A stretch of DNA of 64,000 nt from Octopus vulgaris. Taxonomy: Eukaryota. The notes under the pieces were generated by a model that did no database searches, had not been told where the DNA came from, and worked only from the letters and a program-made list of their open reading frames with translations. The DNA lies in assembly GCA_951406725.2 (NCBI GenBank), contig OX597822.1, forward strand, positions 56,544,001 to 56,608,000, given 5' to 3'. This document shows, piece by piece, positions 12,377 to 25,810 of the stretch. A program made the translations under genes and the position numbers. The first letter of the stretch is position 1. Every line of letters begins with the position of its first letter.

Positions 12377-14592
12377 AATACACAAACACACACACGCACG
12401 CACATCTGTATATATAAAGAGAGAAAGGTATAGAGATATAGGTGAATAGAGAGAGAGAAAGGAGAGAGAGAGGGATAGAGAGAACGTGTGTGTGTGTGTG
12501 TGAGTGAAGAAATGTGTGATTGGCAGCAATGATATACGGCGAAAAACTAGAAAGAGAGAAAAAGGGAGATATAGGTAGATAAAGAGGGTGGGAAACATAT
12601 ACAAAGGAGGATGGGGTGAAAAGTTCATGGGCTGACTATGAAGGATTGATGCTAGTGCTGTGAAATATTGAGTGCATTAATTTCAACCTTTCTTATTAAC
12701 AGCAGCATTGTTTCTTTCGAAGTTTATTAATAAGTGACTGTTTAAAAATTGCAAAAGTAACTAGTAGCGACTCTCTCTCCTTTCTCTATCTCTATCTATC
12801 TATATCTCTATACCTTTCTCTCTTTATATATACAGATGTGCGTATGTGCGTGAGTGTGAGTGTGTGTGTGTGTGTATGAGTGTGCGTATGTGTGTGTATT
12901 TCTGTGTGTGTGCGTGTGTGTTTCTGCGAGCGTGCGTGTCTTTGTCAAGATTTTTGCATGTGACTGCTGACTATATTGTTATCGACACTTCCCAGATCTC
13001 AAGTTCAAAATTGTCAAACCTTCACTTTTTAAAGTGTTCCCATGAAAATTGATTCTTTCCATCGTGATTATATTTAAGGATGTACACATTATTATATTTC
13101 GGGATGGTCCATTTTTCTGTATTGTTTTCCAGATAACCACAAGTACTTGATCTTCACGTCAGCTGTATCATTGCTGAGATGGCAGAATTGTTTGCATGTT
13201 GCACGAAATGCTTTGGAGTATTTCGCTCATCGCTACGTTCTGCGTTTATAATTCCACCGAGGTTGAATTTGCCTTTCATCCTTTCGGGATCGATAAAATA
13301 AGTACCAGTTGAATACCAGGGGGGTCGATGTAATCGACTCTTCCCCTCTACCAAAATTACTGCCCTTGTGACAAAATTTGAAACCATTACTATTGTTATT
13401 ATTTTAGTGTCCTTTCCTGAAATCGTTGTCACATCCTGTGACCTCTTCAACGACATTCCGTCCCACTCCAGATTAGACTAAACAGGAGTGGAGGAGATAC
13501 GTGTGATAGGGAGTCGCTAAAGCGGTTAAAAGATGTGTTACGAAAGATTTGAAGAACGAGTATACAGTACGTGTGGTTATTTGGGGAAAAAAATGACTGT
13601 CCCGCGATATAAGAATACCTGCTTCAATACGTCATTCCACATCAGGAATCTTGCAATACAAATACATAAACATAACATTTGACGTTAATTTTCTGTAGGG
13701 TTGAGGTTGTTGACACTCCCTAATAAAGAAATGAAATTCCTGAAAATATTGGTTTCAAATTTTGGCACAGAGGCCAGCAATTTCAGAAGGAGTTAAGTCG
13801 ATTACATCGACCCCAGTGCTCAACTACTACTTACTTTATCGACAAAGTCGACCTCGGCGGAATTTAAACTCAAAACGTAAGAACGAGCGAAATACCGCTA
13901 AGCATTTTGTTTGGTGTACTAACGATTCTGCCAGCTCGCCGCCTTTTTCCAGAAAATATTGTTTTCAAGTTTTTGCATTAGGCTAGCTATTTCGTGGGAG
14001 GGGCTGAGTTACTTACTTTGGCCCAGTGTTAAACTGGCACTTATTTTATCGACCGGGAAAGGGTGAAAGGTAAAGTTGACATCGGCAGAATTTGAACCTC
14101 AGTGTGTAGCCCAATGCGGTAACGATTCTACCAACTCGCCGCCCATTTCAAGACAATATCATTTTCAAATTTTGGTATAAAACCAGTAAGTTCGTGGGAG
14201 GTAAGAAGTTGATTACATCGACTCCAGTGTTTAACTGGTACTTATTTTATCGACCCCAAAGGACGAAAGGTAAAGTCAACATCTGCGAATATTATAATAT
14301 CTGTCAAACAGGAAAATTCGGCAGCTAAGTTTTCGGTAATAAGGCGTTTTCCATTCTTATTCTACTATCACATTTCTTTCCATATTTATATCATATTGAA
14401 ATATTTCTGAGCCCTGTGAAGACGGTTTTATGTGATCAATGGAGTTGCTAGAAATAACAGCTAAATCTCCTTCAAATCGTTTTTTATCTTCAGTAAAGGA
14501 ACAACACTTTAGATAACGTAATATTACATATTTTAAGGTGAACAAGATTATCAAAACTGGAAAGCCTTATCAGGAATGGATTGGCAATATAG

Positions 14593-14629
<37 letters not shown>

Positions 14630-14994
14630 AGGAAGATAAAACAACAGCACAAATAATAACAACAACAACAACAACAAAAACATTAAAACGGTTCCTATTT
14701 TCTATAATCCATTTAACAGTGTGGCATTCAATCTCCTTTTTACTTCTGTCCTGTTTAGATGATAAATATTTGAACTCTATTAAGTAATCATGTAAACAAC
14801 TGACAAGAACATGAATATTTATTCCTTCTACATAATGACTTCAATGTACTTGACACTATTATCGGTGAGAATAATAGAGAGAGACTGTATGACTCTAAAT
14901 CTTTCTATTGACACATTTTCGTTAAAATATAAATAAAAGAATTTACCTCACCCACATTCTCTATTCTATTTATTTGTCTGGAGGGTATATCCTA

Positions 14995-15520
14995 CGAAAA
15001 GAGCAACTCTGTGGTGAGAAGCTTGCTTCCAAACCTCATGGTTCTGGATTCAGTCCCACTGTGTGGCATCTTAGATGAGTGTCTTTTACAATTGCCCCGC
15101 GCCGACCAAATCCTTTTTTGTGGATTTGGTAGATGGAAACAGAAGGAAATCGATCCGATGTATGTATGTATGTATGTATGTATGTATGTATGTATGTATG
15201 TATGTATGTATGTATGTATGTGTGCATGTATGCATGTGTGCATGTATGCATGTATATGTGTGCATGGATGTATGTATGTATGTATGTATGTATGTTTATA
15301 TTATGTATGTATATATTTCTGTGTGTGTGTCTTTGTGCATATGTTTGTTCCTTACTACCGCTTAACAACCTGTATTGATTTGTTTACGTTCCCGTAACCT
15401 TGCGGTTCGGTAAAATAAGACCGATAGAATAAACACCGGCCTTTAAAAAAATTAGCACTGTGGTCGATTTGTTCAACTAAGACCCTTAAAGCATGGCTGC
15501 AGATTAAAGACTCAAAAAAG
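14995..15520 (+). mobile_element. tRNA-derived SINE with internal microsatellite
   Basis: gtggtgagaagcttgcttcc...ttcagtcccactg head, (TATG)n body and a shared 3' tail. Same family at 17650-18105(-), 22022-22400(+), 29343-29505(+) and 35180-35665(+). Confidence 0.8.
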
Positions 15521-15609
15521 TAGATGGTATAAGGTATGTATTATATATATTATATATAAAATTATATTATATACACATATATGGAATAAGTACACATGTA
15601 CATGCTTAG

Positions 15610-15640
<31 letters not shown>

Positions 15641-15659
15641 TGTGTGTGTGTATGTTTTG

Positions 15660-17330
15660 AAACACGAAATTCATCACAATATATTTCAAGAAAGCGGAAA
15701 TTATAAATATCAAATTAAGTACCATTACACTCAACACATTTTTGCCAACAAGTTATAACTTTGTTTATTCTGGTATCATAAAAATTTGCAGTTCTGGAGT
15801 TGTCTAACTCTTTGAACGCAATTTCAGCATCGGTTTGATTTTTGAACTCCTCTTGCAGGAAACTATCAAGGTGCTTGAAAAAGTGCTAGTTGGTAGGAGA
15901 TAGGTCCGGGGAAGAAGCTGAGTGGGGAAGAACTTCGTAGCCAAGTTCCTCTCAACTTCCGTAACGTCATTAGTGAAATGTGTGGTCGAGCATTGTAATG
16001 AAAACGATTGGCCCTCTTCTGTTGACCAGTCTGGGACGGAGGAGTAGCAGTTCTTCGTTCACTTTAGCAATTTCATGGCAATATGTTTCTGCTGTGATAG
16101 TTTTAAGAAATTACAGTGGATGAGTCCAGCAGTACGCCACCAAACAGTCATCATAACTTCCATTTTGAAGAACTTGGGTTCAAGGAATGTTTCCGGTGCT
16201 TCATTTTTGTTCAACAGTTACAATACAGTCGAGGAATAGATCGGTCTGGTTAAGGAGAAGAAACAACGAGCACATTTCATATCTGCGCATTTTCTGATTT
16301 TCATTTAAATTGTGTCGAGCTTTTTTGATTTTCCGATCGCATGGAAATGGTTTCAGGCAGTTTTCTGGCTAGCTTGGAGTTCTTGTAGTGGTCTACGTAG
16401 CTAAATAGTTGAACGACCTCCCCTCGAAGAAAGATTATAGAGTAACCTCCATTTTCTAAGTTTCTCGAAGCATCTATGTCATGAGACGTGATTCTTAATT
16501 ATTCAAGAAGCTTAGCGTTTCTCTTGGAAGTTTCTAGAATATCTAGCGTTAATAAAAACAGCTTGCTAACCATGCTCTTCGCTTTTTAATCAATTAGACT
16601 TAGAGCCATTCACATCATTGCTGTGTCCGTCTATTTGTCTACGCCACATGACTGAAAGCCACCACTTAGCTCTTATTTCTACATTTTCTGTCTTAACGTT
16701 CTTGCATAGATTACTTCATTGAACTAGATTCTACATATTGATTCTATGTATCATCATCGTCCAGGAAATAAAAAATATTTTTATGTAGTAAATATATAGG
16801 TATTGAATTTATTCTTCATCTCTTTATGAACTATTGTAATAACATACACGCAGCCACATCAACAACTTGTACTGGCTCTATATTTCCACTACATACTTTT
16901 GCCAGTTCTCGAATGGGTTTACGTAGATGTTTCTCAATAACCGTCTTTAATTGACTGTCATCGATGACAAATGGTTGTCCACTACGTTCACGATCTTCAA
17001 GGCTCAGGTCTCCACTGCGAAATCGTTTAAACCATTTTCGAGCTGACCACTTACTAGTCATTTCCTCACCAAATCTTTCGTTGTTATCGCGAGCAGTTTC
17101 AGCTGTTCCACGTCCTTTTTTGAAGTTGAATAGCAAAATTGCTCTAATATCGTGCTTTGACAGTTCCATTTTAGATAATTGTAACAACAGTGAAACAAAT
17201 ATCAATGCTTATTTATTGATGTATTTGGGCAAGTCTGTGTTTGTATTACCAGACAAATTTTAAAAAGTGTTTTAAAAAATTCAAAACTTCAAAAATCCGG
17301 TACAAATTCTTCATGGTTCAAAACGTTGCT
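15660..17330 (-). mobile_element. Degenerate mariner, third family, interrupted at ~16430-16890
   Basis: ORF MELSKHDIRAILLFNFKKG...WFKRFRSGDLSLEDRERSGQP. Downstream remnants include H-NARPH, SPDLSPT and WQKCVECNG. Confidence 0.8.
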
Positions 17331-17649
17331 TACTTTTTACATAGCCTGATCGATTGATCGAAATGACGTACATATTTCATCTTAAGAAAAATGATGTAAT
17401 CAGAATTTTAGATAATTATTTAGCGATATCATGTTTCACAGAATTCTGACTACCTCCTTTTGCTTTCTTTCTTTTTTTCTTTCTTTCTTTCTTTATATAT
17501 ATATATGTGTGTGTGTGAAAATATGGTCTTCATGATAAAATGATAGGGTTAGTAGTATATTAATAGTAAATTTCTACTGATTTATTTTTCCTCAAATTTT
17601 CGTTGTGTCTTGCAACCTCTTTCAATAGTTGTTACTGGTTATATGTATA

Positions 17650-17863
17650 CTCTCTTTTACTCTTTTACTTGTTTCAGTCATTTGACTGCAGCCATACTGG
17701 AGCACCGCATTTAGTCGATCACATCGACCCAAGGACTTATTCTTTGCAAGCCTAGTGCTTATTCTATCGGTCTCTTGTGCCAAACCACTAAGTTACAGGT
17801 ACGTAAATACACCAGCATTGGTCGCCAAGCGATGTTGGGGGGACAAACACAGACACACAAACT

Positions 17864-17944
<81 letters not shown>

Positions 17945-18105
17945 GACGGGCTTCTTTCAGTTTCCGTCTACCAAATCCACTCACAAGTCTTTAGTCGGCC
18001 CGAAGCTATAGTAGAAGACACTTGCCCAAGGTACCACGCAGTGGGACTGAACCCAGAACCATGTGATTGGTAAGCAAGCTACTTACCACACAGCCACTCC
18101 TGCGC
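17650..18105 (-). mobile_element. tRNA-derived SINE (CORE-like ccttgggcaagt motif)
   Basis: The reverse complement begins ggcgcaggagtggctgtgtggtaag...gggttcagtccc and has an internal (TA)n(TG)n. Confidence 0.85.
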
Positions 18106-18121
18106 CTATATATATATACTC

Positions 18122-18152
<31 letters not shown>

Positions 18153-18166
18153 TGTATGTATGTATG

Positions 18167-18200
<34 letters not shown>

Positions 18201-19029
18201 TGTATGTATGTATGTATGTATGTATGTATGTATGTACATACATACATACATACATACATACATACATACAAAGGGCGGAGGAACTCTTGAGAGTCAACGT
18301 CCATCCAATATTTGTGTAATTATATATTTACTGTAGAACTCCTTTTTTCTCACTAATTTTATATATTGTATATTTTTATAGTTTGCTCATTATATATATT
18401 TATATAAATATTTTTATATACTTCACATCGTATATTTTACGCATAATTTGTATATCAATATTTTTATATATCGTTTTGGTTTTTTTTTTGCCTATCTATC
18501 TTATCCAGCTTATGGCTGTATCATGCGCGGGGGCAGAATATCCGATCGCGTGGTTAAACCATTAGGAGTAAAGGACCCCTAGCCTTTGTTAGGGCATACT
18601 TCTAGAAGAAGGCAACTCAGGTAACTGGAATAACACCGACATAAAACCTGCGGCTCAGTGGTTACCGATGATGTTGACTTGTTCTTCTTTTCGGATTATG
18701 GCTGCTGTTGCTTAGTGAGTGGGATTGACTCACAGCCTTTCTTCACTTTAAAAAAATGTCTTCTTACACAGGCATTGCACGATAACAACATTGATTGATT
18801 GATTGATTGATTAAATCAATTAACTAATTCATGATTGTTGATAGTGCTCTGAGTCTCAATCGAATGTCTGGCCTTACAACCCAAATAATCATTGATGTAC
18901 CAAAACAGTATAAAAATAAATGGCAGTAAGGACTCTGGAACCACATCAGATGAAAGAGTTTGGCCCGGCATGGGCTCCAGAGCATCACAGTCTGAACCCG
19001 GCCGTCATCATGCTACTGTGATAGAACCA

Positions 19030-21325
19030 AATAAAATATTGAATATTGGATGTTGAAATGAACGGACACTGCTTGACCACGAGTCCTCTGAATGTCCTGA
19101 ACAAACGACTGTGCTTGTTGCGAAGGAGCTTCAAGGCAAGATATTGATATCGTTGCTTTATGAGAAGAGATCTTATGTAAGATGGTGATCTTACAGAATC
19201 TTATGGAAAATATACATTCTTTTGGAAAGGGAGGAATGAAGAGTTCAGAGGAGAGGCTGGAGTGGCATTTGCTGTTAAGACTAATCTTGTGGACAAGTTG
19301 GAAGAATTCCCAGTCGGGATTAACGAGCATCTTTTGTCTATGAGAATTCCTTGGTGAGTGTGTATGCTCCAACTATGTGCTATATTGATGACGAAAAAGT
19401 TTCTTTCTACCATGCTTTGAACGGCATTATAAGAAATATCCCTCGGGCAGACAAAGTCATCGTACTGGGTGACTTTAATACTAAAGTGGGTAAGGATTTT
19501 AACACATGGACTGTAATTGGAAAGCATGGGGTGGAAAAGTGTAATAGTAATGCCATGCTTCTGCTGCGTCTGTGTGTTACCAATACCATGTTTCAACAAA
19601 TGAATAAATTTAAGACCCCATGGATGCACCCTGCATCTAAAGAATGACATATTCTAGATTACATCCTTGTTAGGGTGCGTGACAGACGAGATGTGCAGTG
19701 TGTTCGTGTTCTTCGTAGGGCTGAGTGTTGGACTGACCACTGCCTAGTACGTGCAAAAGTGAAATTAGTCACAAAGCGTAAAATCCGGGCTGCAGAGATT
19801 ACCCTGCCTAAAAGACTGAATGTTGATCGTCTTGGGTGTAATAGAGTGAAGAGAACTTTACGAGAGGAAATGAATGTTGCAGATATTGGGGAGGATTGGC
19901 CGATCCTTAAAAAGTCAGTTTATCATATAGGCAAGAAAATTCTGGGATTGATACAAAGAAAGCATCAAGATTGGTTTAAAGAAAATGATGAACATATAGA
20001 TGATTTATTGGCTGATAAAAGACGTACTTTGTCACGCTATTTGTCAACAAAGCCACAGGAAAGGGAAGTGTTAGATAGGGAACTCAAGGATGTAAAATCA
20101 CGTGTGAGGCGGAGGCTCTCTCAGAGGAGGGATACGTGGTGGAGTAATAAGGCTGATGAGATACAGGCGGCGTCGGATTCCAATAACACAAAGATGTTGT
20201 ATGGTCTCTTGCGAGAAGTTTATGTCCCGACTTCATATCTGATGACACCACTTCGAAGCAGGGATGCTAAAGAACTTCTTCGTGATTCACAAGGAATTCT
20301 GCGAAGGTAGCGAGAACACTTTGATGAACTTTTGAATCAGCAGTCTGTAGTTAGTGAGGATGTTTTCAATCTAATCCCTGGATTACCTGTGAAGGCGACT
20401 CTCGCAGAACCACCAAAGTTGGTAGAAGTTGCAGTAGCCTTCTCAAGGGCGAATAATGGGAAGTCTCCGGGTATGGATGGCATACATGCAGAGTTGTTAT
20501 AGCATGATGGTGAGAAACTTCTGCAGCAACTTTACTCTTTGTTTGATAGGATATGGGCTAGTGAATCTATACTTGAGGACTGGAGAGATATAGTAATGGT
20601 GGTCGTATATAAGGGAAAGGGCAACAGGAATGATTGTGGTAACTATAGGGGAATATCATTACTTTCTGTCGTAGGAAAGGTTTTATGCAGGGTACTTCTG
20701 GATCGTCTACTGAAACACGTTGCAGATTGTGTTCTTCCAAAAAGTCAATCTGGCTTTCGTGTGAGACGCGTCACTACTGATGTGATCTTTTCAGCTAGAC
20801 AGTTTCAGGAGAAGTGTGTGGAACAGGGTCTCGATTTATATCAGGTTTTTGTCAGCCTTTGATACCGTTAATAGAAATGCACTGTGGAAATTCCTCCAGA
20901 AACTTGGGTGTCCTGAAAAGATCCTTGCTTTGGTTAGGTCTTTTCATGAAGACATGAAGGGTAGGGTTAATGTAAGAGGAAAAATGTCTCAATACAAAAC
21001 GGAGTAAAACAGGGGGATATTCTGGCACCGACCCTATTTGCCATATATTTTGCAATGGTTTTCTGTATTGCATTCAGAAACTGCAGATATGGTGTTTACA
21101 TCCATTATCGAACCTCTAGCAGTATATTTAATATCAGGCGCTTTGCTGCAAAAGCAAAGGTATTTGCCCCTATCATAAGAGACCCTTTGTGTGCAGATGA
21201 TTGTGATCTAGTAGCGCACTCACAGATTGATAGGCAACACATTTTGAAAGCATTCTCTGATGTTGGCACTGCCCTAGGATTGACAGTCAGTCTCAAGAAA
21301 ACTGTTGTCATGTACCAATCTGCAT
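19030..21325 (+). mobile_element. Degenerate RTE-clade LINE (APE endonuclease + RT), 3'-truncated; 5' region may extend to ~18270
   Basis: LNIGC*N.RTL, VSVYAPT, VLGDFN, TWMHP-like PWMHP, WTDH, NYRGISLLS, QSGFR, AFDTVNR, GVKQG-like, LCADD, GLTVSLKKT. Multiple stops and frameshifts. Confidence 0.92.
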
Positions 21326-22021
21326 GTACCAATCTCGAGTAGCGCATGAGAAAATAAGGAGGGATGTTAGGTAGGGCATCGCTGTTGCACATGAAGCCCA
21401 GTTACGACTATAGCAGGCTATTGCCGGTAAACATTTCAGCTACAAGACATTGTAGATCTTTAGCTGGGCTAAAGAGTCATATTCGATCGCAACACCGATA
21501 ACAGTTAAGCCTCGTGTAATGGCCATATTCTATAACAAGGGGGAAGCCATCATGTATGTATGCATGCATGTATGTATGTATGTATGTATGTATGTATGTA
21601 TGTATGTATGTATGTATGTATGTATGTATGCATGCATGTATGTATGTATGTATGTATGTATGTATGTATTTATGTATGTATGTATGTATGTATGTATGTA
21701 TGTATGCAAATGCTATTTGTGTATATCGTCCTTGCCATCGAAATAGTATACCCACACAAGTAGTATTTTATCCGTTTTCCCCTATTTATACCCCGTGTAG
21801 TCTTTTTTCTTTGAAACCTATTTATATATATATATATATATAAGATTCAGTTGAATTGGGTACTTAAATTGAGGTACCTTGCTAGTTCGGTATAAACTGC
21901 ATTCCCCAACAATATTAATTGAATATTGAATATCAAGACTCCGTGTAGGGGTATTTGTACCCAATATTCCTGTCGTGTGTAGACAAAGCAACCCAGCTAA
22001 GTAAAGATCTATATCTATATA

Positions 22022-22400
22022 AAGGTGCAGTAGAGGTTGAGCGGTAAGGAGCTTGCTTCCCAACCACATTGTTTAGGGTTCAGTCCCACTGCATGGCACC
22101 TTGGGCAAGTGTCTTCCACTATAGCCTCAGGCTGACCAAAGCCTTGTGAGTGGATCTGGTTGATGGAAACTAAAAGAAGTCAGTCGTATGTATATGTGTG
22201 TGTATGTGTGTGCGTGTGTTTACGTACGTGTGCATGTGTGTGTGTGTGTTTGTCCATCACCTCTTGACAACGAGTGTTGACGCGTTTATGTTCCCGTAAT
22301 TCAACGTTTCGGGAAAGGATTTGTACGACTTGTACAACTAAAACACGTCAAGGTGATGCCCCAGTATGGCCGCAGTCAAATAACTGAAACAAGTAAAAGA
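22022..22400 (+). mobile_element. tRNA-derived SINE
   Basis: Same head and body as 17650-18105. Confidence 0.8.
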
Positions 22401-22870
22401 ATAACAGTTTAGATATAAGCCTGCGCACACCTATCTGTGTGTGTGTGTATTTTGTAAAATCTTAACTCTTTCTCTGTTTCCATTCTTAATTCTTCTTTTC
22501 TCTCCTTTCCTTTACTCTCTTATTTCTCTTTCCCTTCCTCCCTCTCTCTTGTAAAACGTCACTGACAATCTTTCACTAATTCACTCTCCCCACTCTGTCT
22601 CCACTCCACTCTTACACATGCTCACTCCTCCAGCTTGACTCTATTTATAAGTAATTTCCTACTTAACCGACGCATATTCGTGTTCCAGTTAGTTTGTTGC
22701 AACAGCTGAAGCAGTGCATACAACACTGGCTGTATTGAGTCTATGCAATACGAAAACAGAAGGTATCTCTCTATCTTACTATTTACCTTTATGTGTGTGC
22801 GTATAAATATATATACACACACAAACTCACACAACACACATGCACACGCTCACACACACACATATATATG

Positions 22871-22916
<46 letters not shown>

Positions 22917-23199
22917 TAAATACTAGGGAATGAATCCAAAATTACAGGGAAAAATCAGATTTAGGGTTTTGGTTTTTGTACATTTTTAAATATGAGAACT
23001 TTTATAATAGGTTTTTATATTCAATTGTTTATAGGGTTTATTTTAGATTATTTTAGATTATATATTGATTATATATAGATTATATATATATTATATATAG
23101 ATTATATATTTTTTTATTTTCATTGATAATTTTATTACTTTATTATTTTAAATTATATTAAATTATATTTTAAAATATTGATATTTTTAGATCGAAAAT

Positions 23200-23243
23200 C
23201 CACCTGAAGATTGTCGGTAGCAGACATGAAACAATTGTTGTGG
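23200..23243 (+). ncRNA. Minimal type I hammerhead ribozyme motif (Penelope-type)
   Basis: CCAC-CUGAAGA-U-UGUC(GGUAGCA)GACA-U-GAAAC-AAUU-GUU-GUGG. Stem I is CCAC/GUGG, stem II is UGUC/GACA and stem III is the palindrome ACAAUUGU. Confidence 0.7.
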
Positions 23244-23328
23244 CGGTTTATTTAATTTATATTAAAATTTTATGTATTGATTAAGTCTTTTCTTGTTTGG
23301 TTTTAAAATAGTGGTTTTTGTCTCGAAT

Positions 23329-23399
<71 letters not shown>

Positions 23400-23866
23400 T
23401 ATATACAAAGTAATTAAGGGTTTAGCAACGAATTACCTCACCAAATATTTTCGTCGCTAAAATCCGCGACCTGTTCACTGACAAAAATCCGTGCTGCATC
23501 TCAGTGAACAGGCCGCGGCCTTAAAGCGACGAAAATATTTTGACAAATTAAAATTAAATGTTGAAGTGAATCGAACGGCTTTTGTGTGTTTCTTAAATGG
23601 CTTACAAACACCTTCCACGCTGCAATTGTTTTCGTTCCAGCACACGATCTCAGATCAAATCACTTACTATGCGAGTACATCTCCGTAATATACATATATA
23701 TATATATATACACACATACACACGCACACTGACAATCATATGTGCAGACATGGGTGTGTAGTAAGAAGTTTGTTTACCAACCACATTTTTCCGAGGCCAG
23801 TCCCGTTTCCTCGGACTGACGAAAGCCTTGTGACTGGAGTTGCTAGAGGGAAAGTGAAAGATACCT

Positions 23867-23926
<60 letters not shown>

Positions 23927-24231
23927 CGTGAATGTGTGTGTGTATGAGTTTGTGCATGTGTATGTGCGTCTGTGTGTGTGCGTATGTCTTTGTCTCTGTG
24001 TCTGTGTTTGTTCCCCATCACTGCTTAACAAGTAAATAATAATTACTGGCGTTGATTATTTTCTGAAAATTTTTTTCAGTGTCACCCCAGCTTAATCGCA
24101 GTCTAATGACTGAAACAAGCAAAAGTTAAAAGGCTTGTAAACTTAAAGCAATGCTTGAAAAGTTCTTACACCAACATATTTAGATTATACTTACTTATTA
24201 TTATACATATATACATACATGTGTATGTTTA

Positions 24232-24293
<62 letters not shown>

Positions 24294-24479
24294 TATGTAT
24301 GTGTGTATATGTGTGTGAGTGTCTGTGTTTATCCCCCATCACCCAGCATACTTGTTCGAATACTCAATTTCACTAGGGGCGGTACTGCGCCTGAAGGAAT
24401 ATATATGGTGAGTAACTGAGCATCAAGAATTTATATGAATATTTTATGTACACCAAGCAAGATTATATACATTTCATTC

Positions 24480-25810
24480 ACTCTTGGTTTAATTTTTCGA
24501 ATTTCTCACCAATAGAAAAAAAGCTGGTTTCTAGCTCAGAAACATGACTCCTTCAGAAGAATTTAGAAGAATATGACATATTGGAGAAATAGTCCAACAA
24601 TTTATAGTAATGTTACTAGAGGAGCTTGCAATTTTAACTTGCTGCATTACCATATAGGAATATTTATCCTGGCTAAACATTATGACTGTAGCTTTTGGGA
24701 ATGTCATAACTCGACCAAGGCTTTCTTTCATGCCATATATTTATTACAGCATCATGCAAAAAGAGGCACTGCGTCAGGTTGGTGTTTCTGTCTTGCAGTG
24801 GACTAATCGCATATCCTTCAGATTTCCCCAACAAAAAGTACCGGGAATTTACTGAAAGTATAAATTACATTACAAGGAATGTCAACTTCTCTGCTATAAT
24901 GTATTTTATCAATGACAATAGAGCCGAACCAGGCAAAGCAAGCTGCAGGGATCCTATCAATCACGAGTAGCGTACAGAGTAAAACACTTCCTGATAATGT
25001 GGCACAGACCAAACTGTGGTGATGTTCATTTTATGTTTTCTCACAGCTTTGTTAAAGAAGAGTTGTTTAGCACACTCCCCCAATCTCCGTTCTCTCTAGT
25101 GAGTTGTTTAAGTATGATTACATTTTTAGGTCAGTGATCTTGGCGGAACAGTTTCGGGCAGATTGTATACATTTTATACGTGAAATTCTAGCATGCATTT
25201 GTCCATTGGTTTGAGGTCAGGTCAGGTGAGTAATTATTGTGTTTTAAGGATATCTCTTTTGTTTCTGTCAGTTCGAACCAGCTCAGTATATTTATGTATA
25301 TAAGGGTAGTTTGCTGGTAGACGTCAATAAGTCACTGCTGATTAAATTCTGCTTTCTTGCATTAGCATCCAGCATTCAAGTCCCTTCCTGTTGCCTTCTC
25401 ATCTTGAAGTTATCAAATCACAGTTTCAGGGGTCTCGCCATTGATGATGTATCCATGTGGTTTAATACAAAGACAATATATTACAGTTACGTTGCTCTCT
25501 GATCAAACTCTTTTGCTTCACTCGATATTTTTACCGAGAATGAATCGGTATCTTTCTGGGAAGGAGCCACTGTGACGTTCATTGATTATGCCCTAATATC
25601 TCTGATGACTGCTAATTGGTTTCGATTAAAATTTTTTGTTAAACATTTTGCTTTCAGCTACAATTTTCTGAAGCTCGAACTTTTCGCTGGTGGTTTCAGT
25701 TCCTGTTTAAGTATCATTAGTCTGTATTCCAATATTCTCTTTTTACTATTATATTTTTCACTCGGTGTTGTAGTTTAGTCCACATTACGCCTTAACTCTC
25801 TCAGAACACT
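24480..25810 (-). mobile_element. Strongly decayed probable non-LTR retrotransposon segment
   Basis: Unique, purine-skewed, formerly coding-like sequence with only weak RT-like hints. No diagnostic motif is intact. Confidence 0.25.

Larger units (their letters stand above)
3053..15934. repeat. Large inverted duplication: arms ~3053-8680 and ~9890-15934, spacer ~1.2 kb
   Basis: Collinear reverse-complement blocks: 3053-3340/15650-15934, 3365-4930/13580-15120, 5045-6062/12175-13092, 7225-8120/11095-11990, 8350-8590/10685-10920, 8597-8680/9890-9978. Confidence 0.92.

Noticed and set aside
17585-17635. GUUG/CAAC-GAAA stem, also seen at ~59870-59905
   Set aside because: There is no CUGAnGA core or convincing stem I, so it is at most a decayed relic.
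18510-19015. Possible HDV-like ribozyme in the RTE 5' region
   Set aside because: RTE elements can carry one, but I could not assemble the nested double pseudoknot by eye. A descriptor search would be needed.
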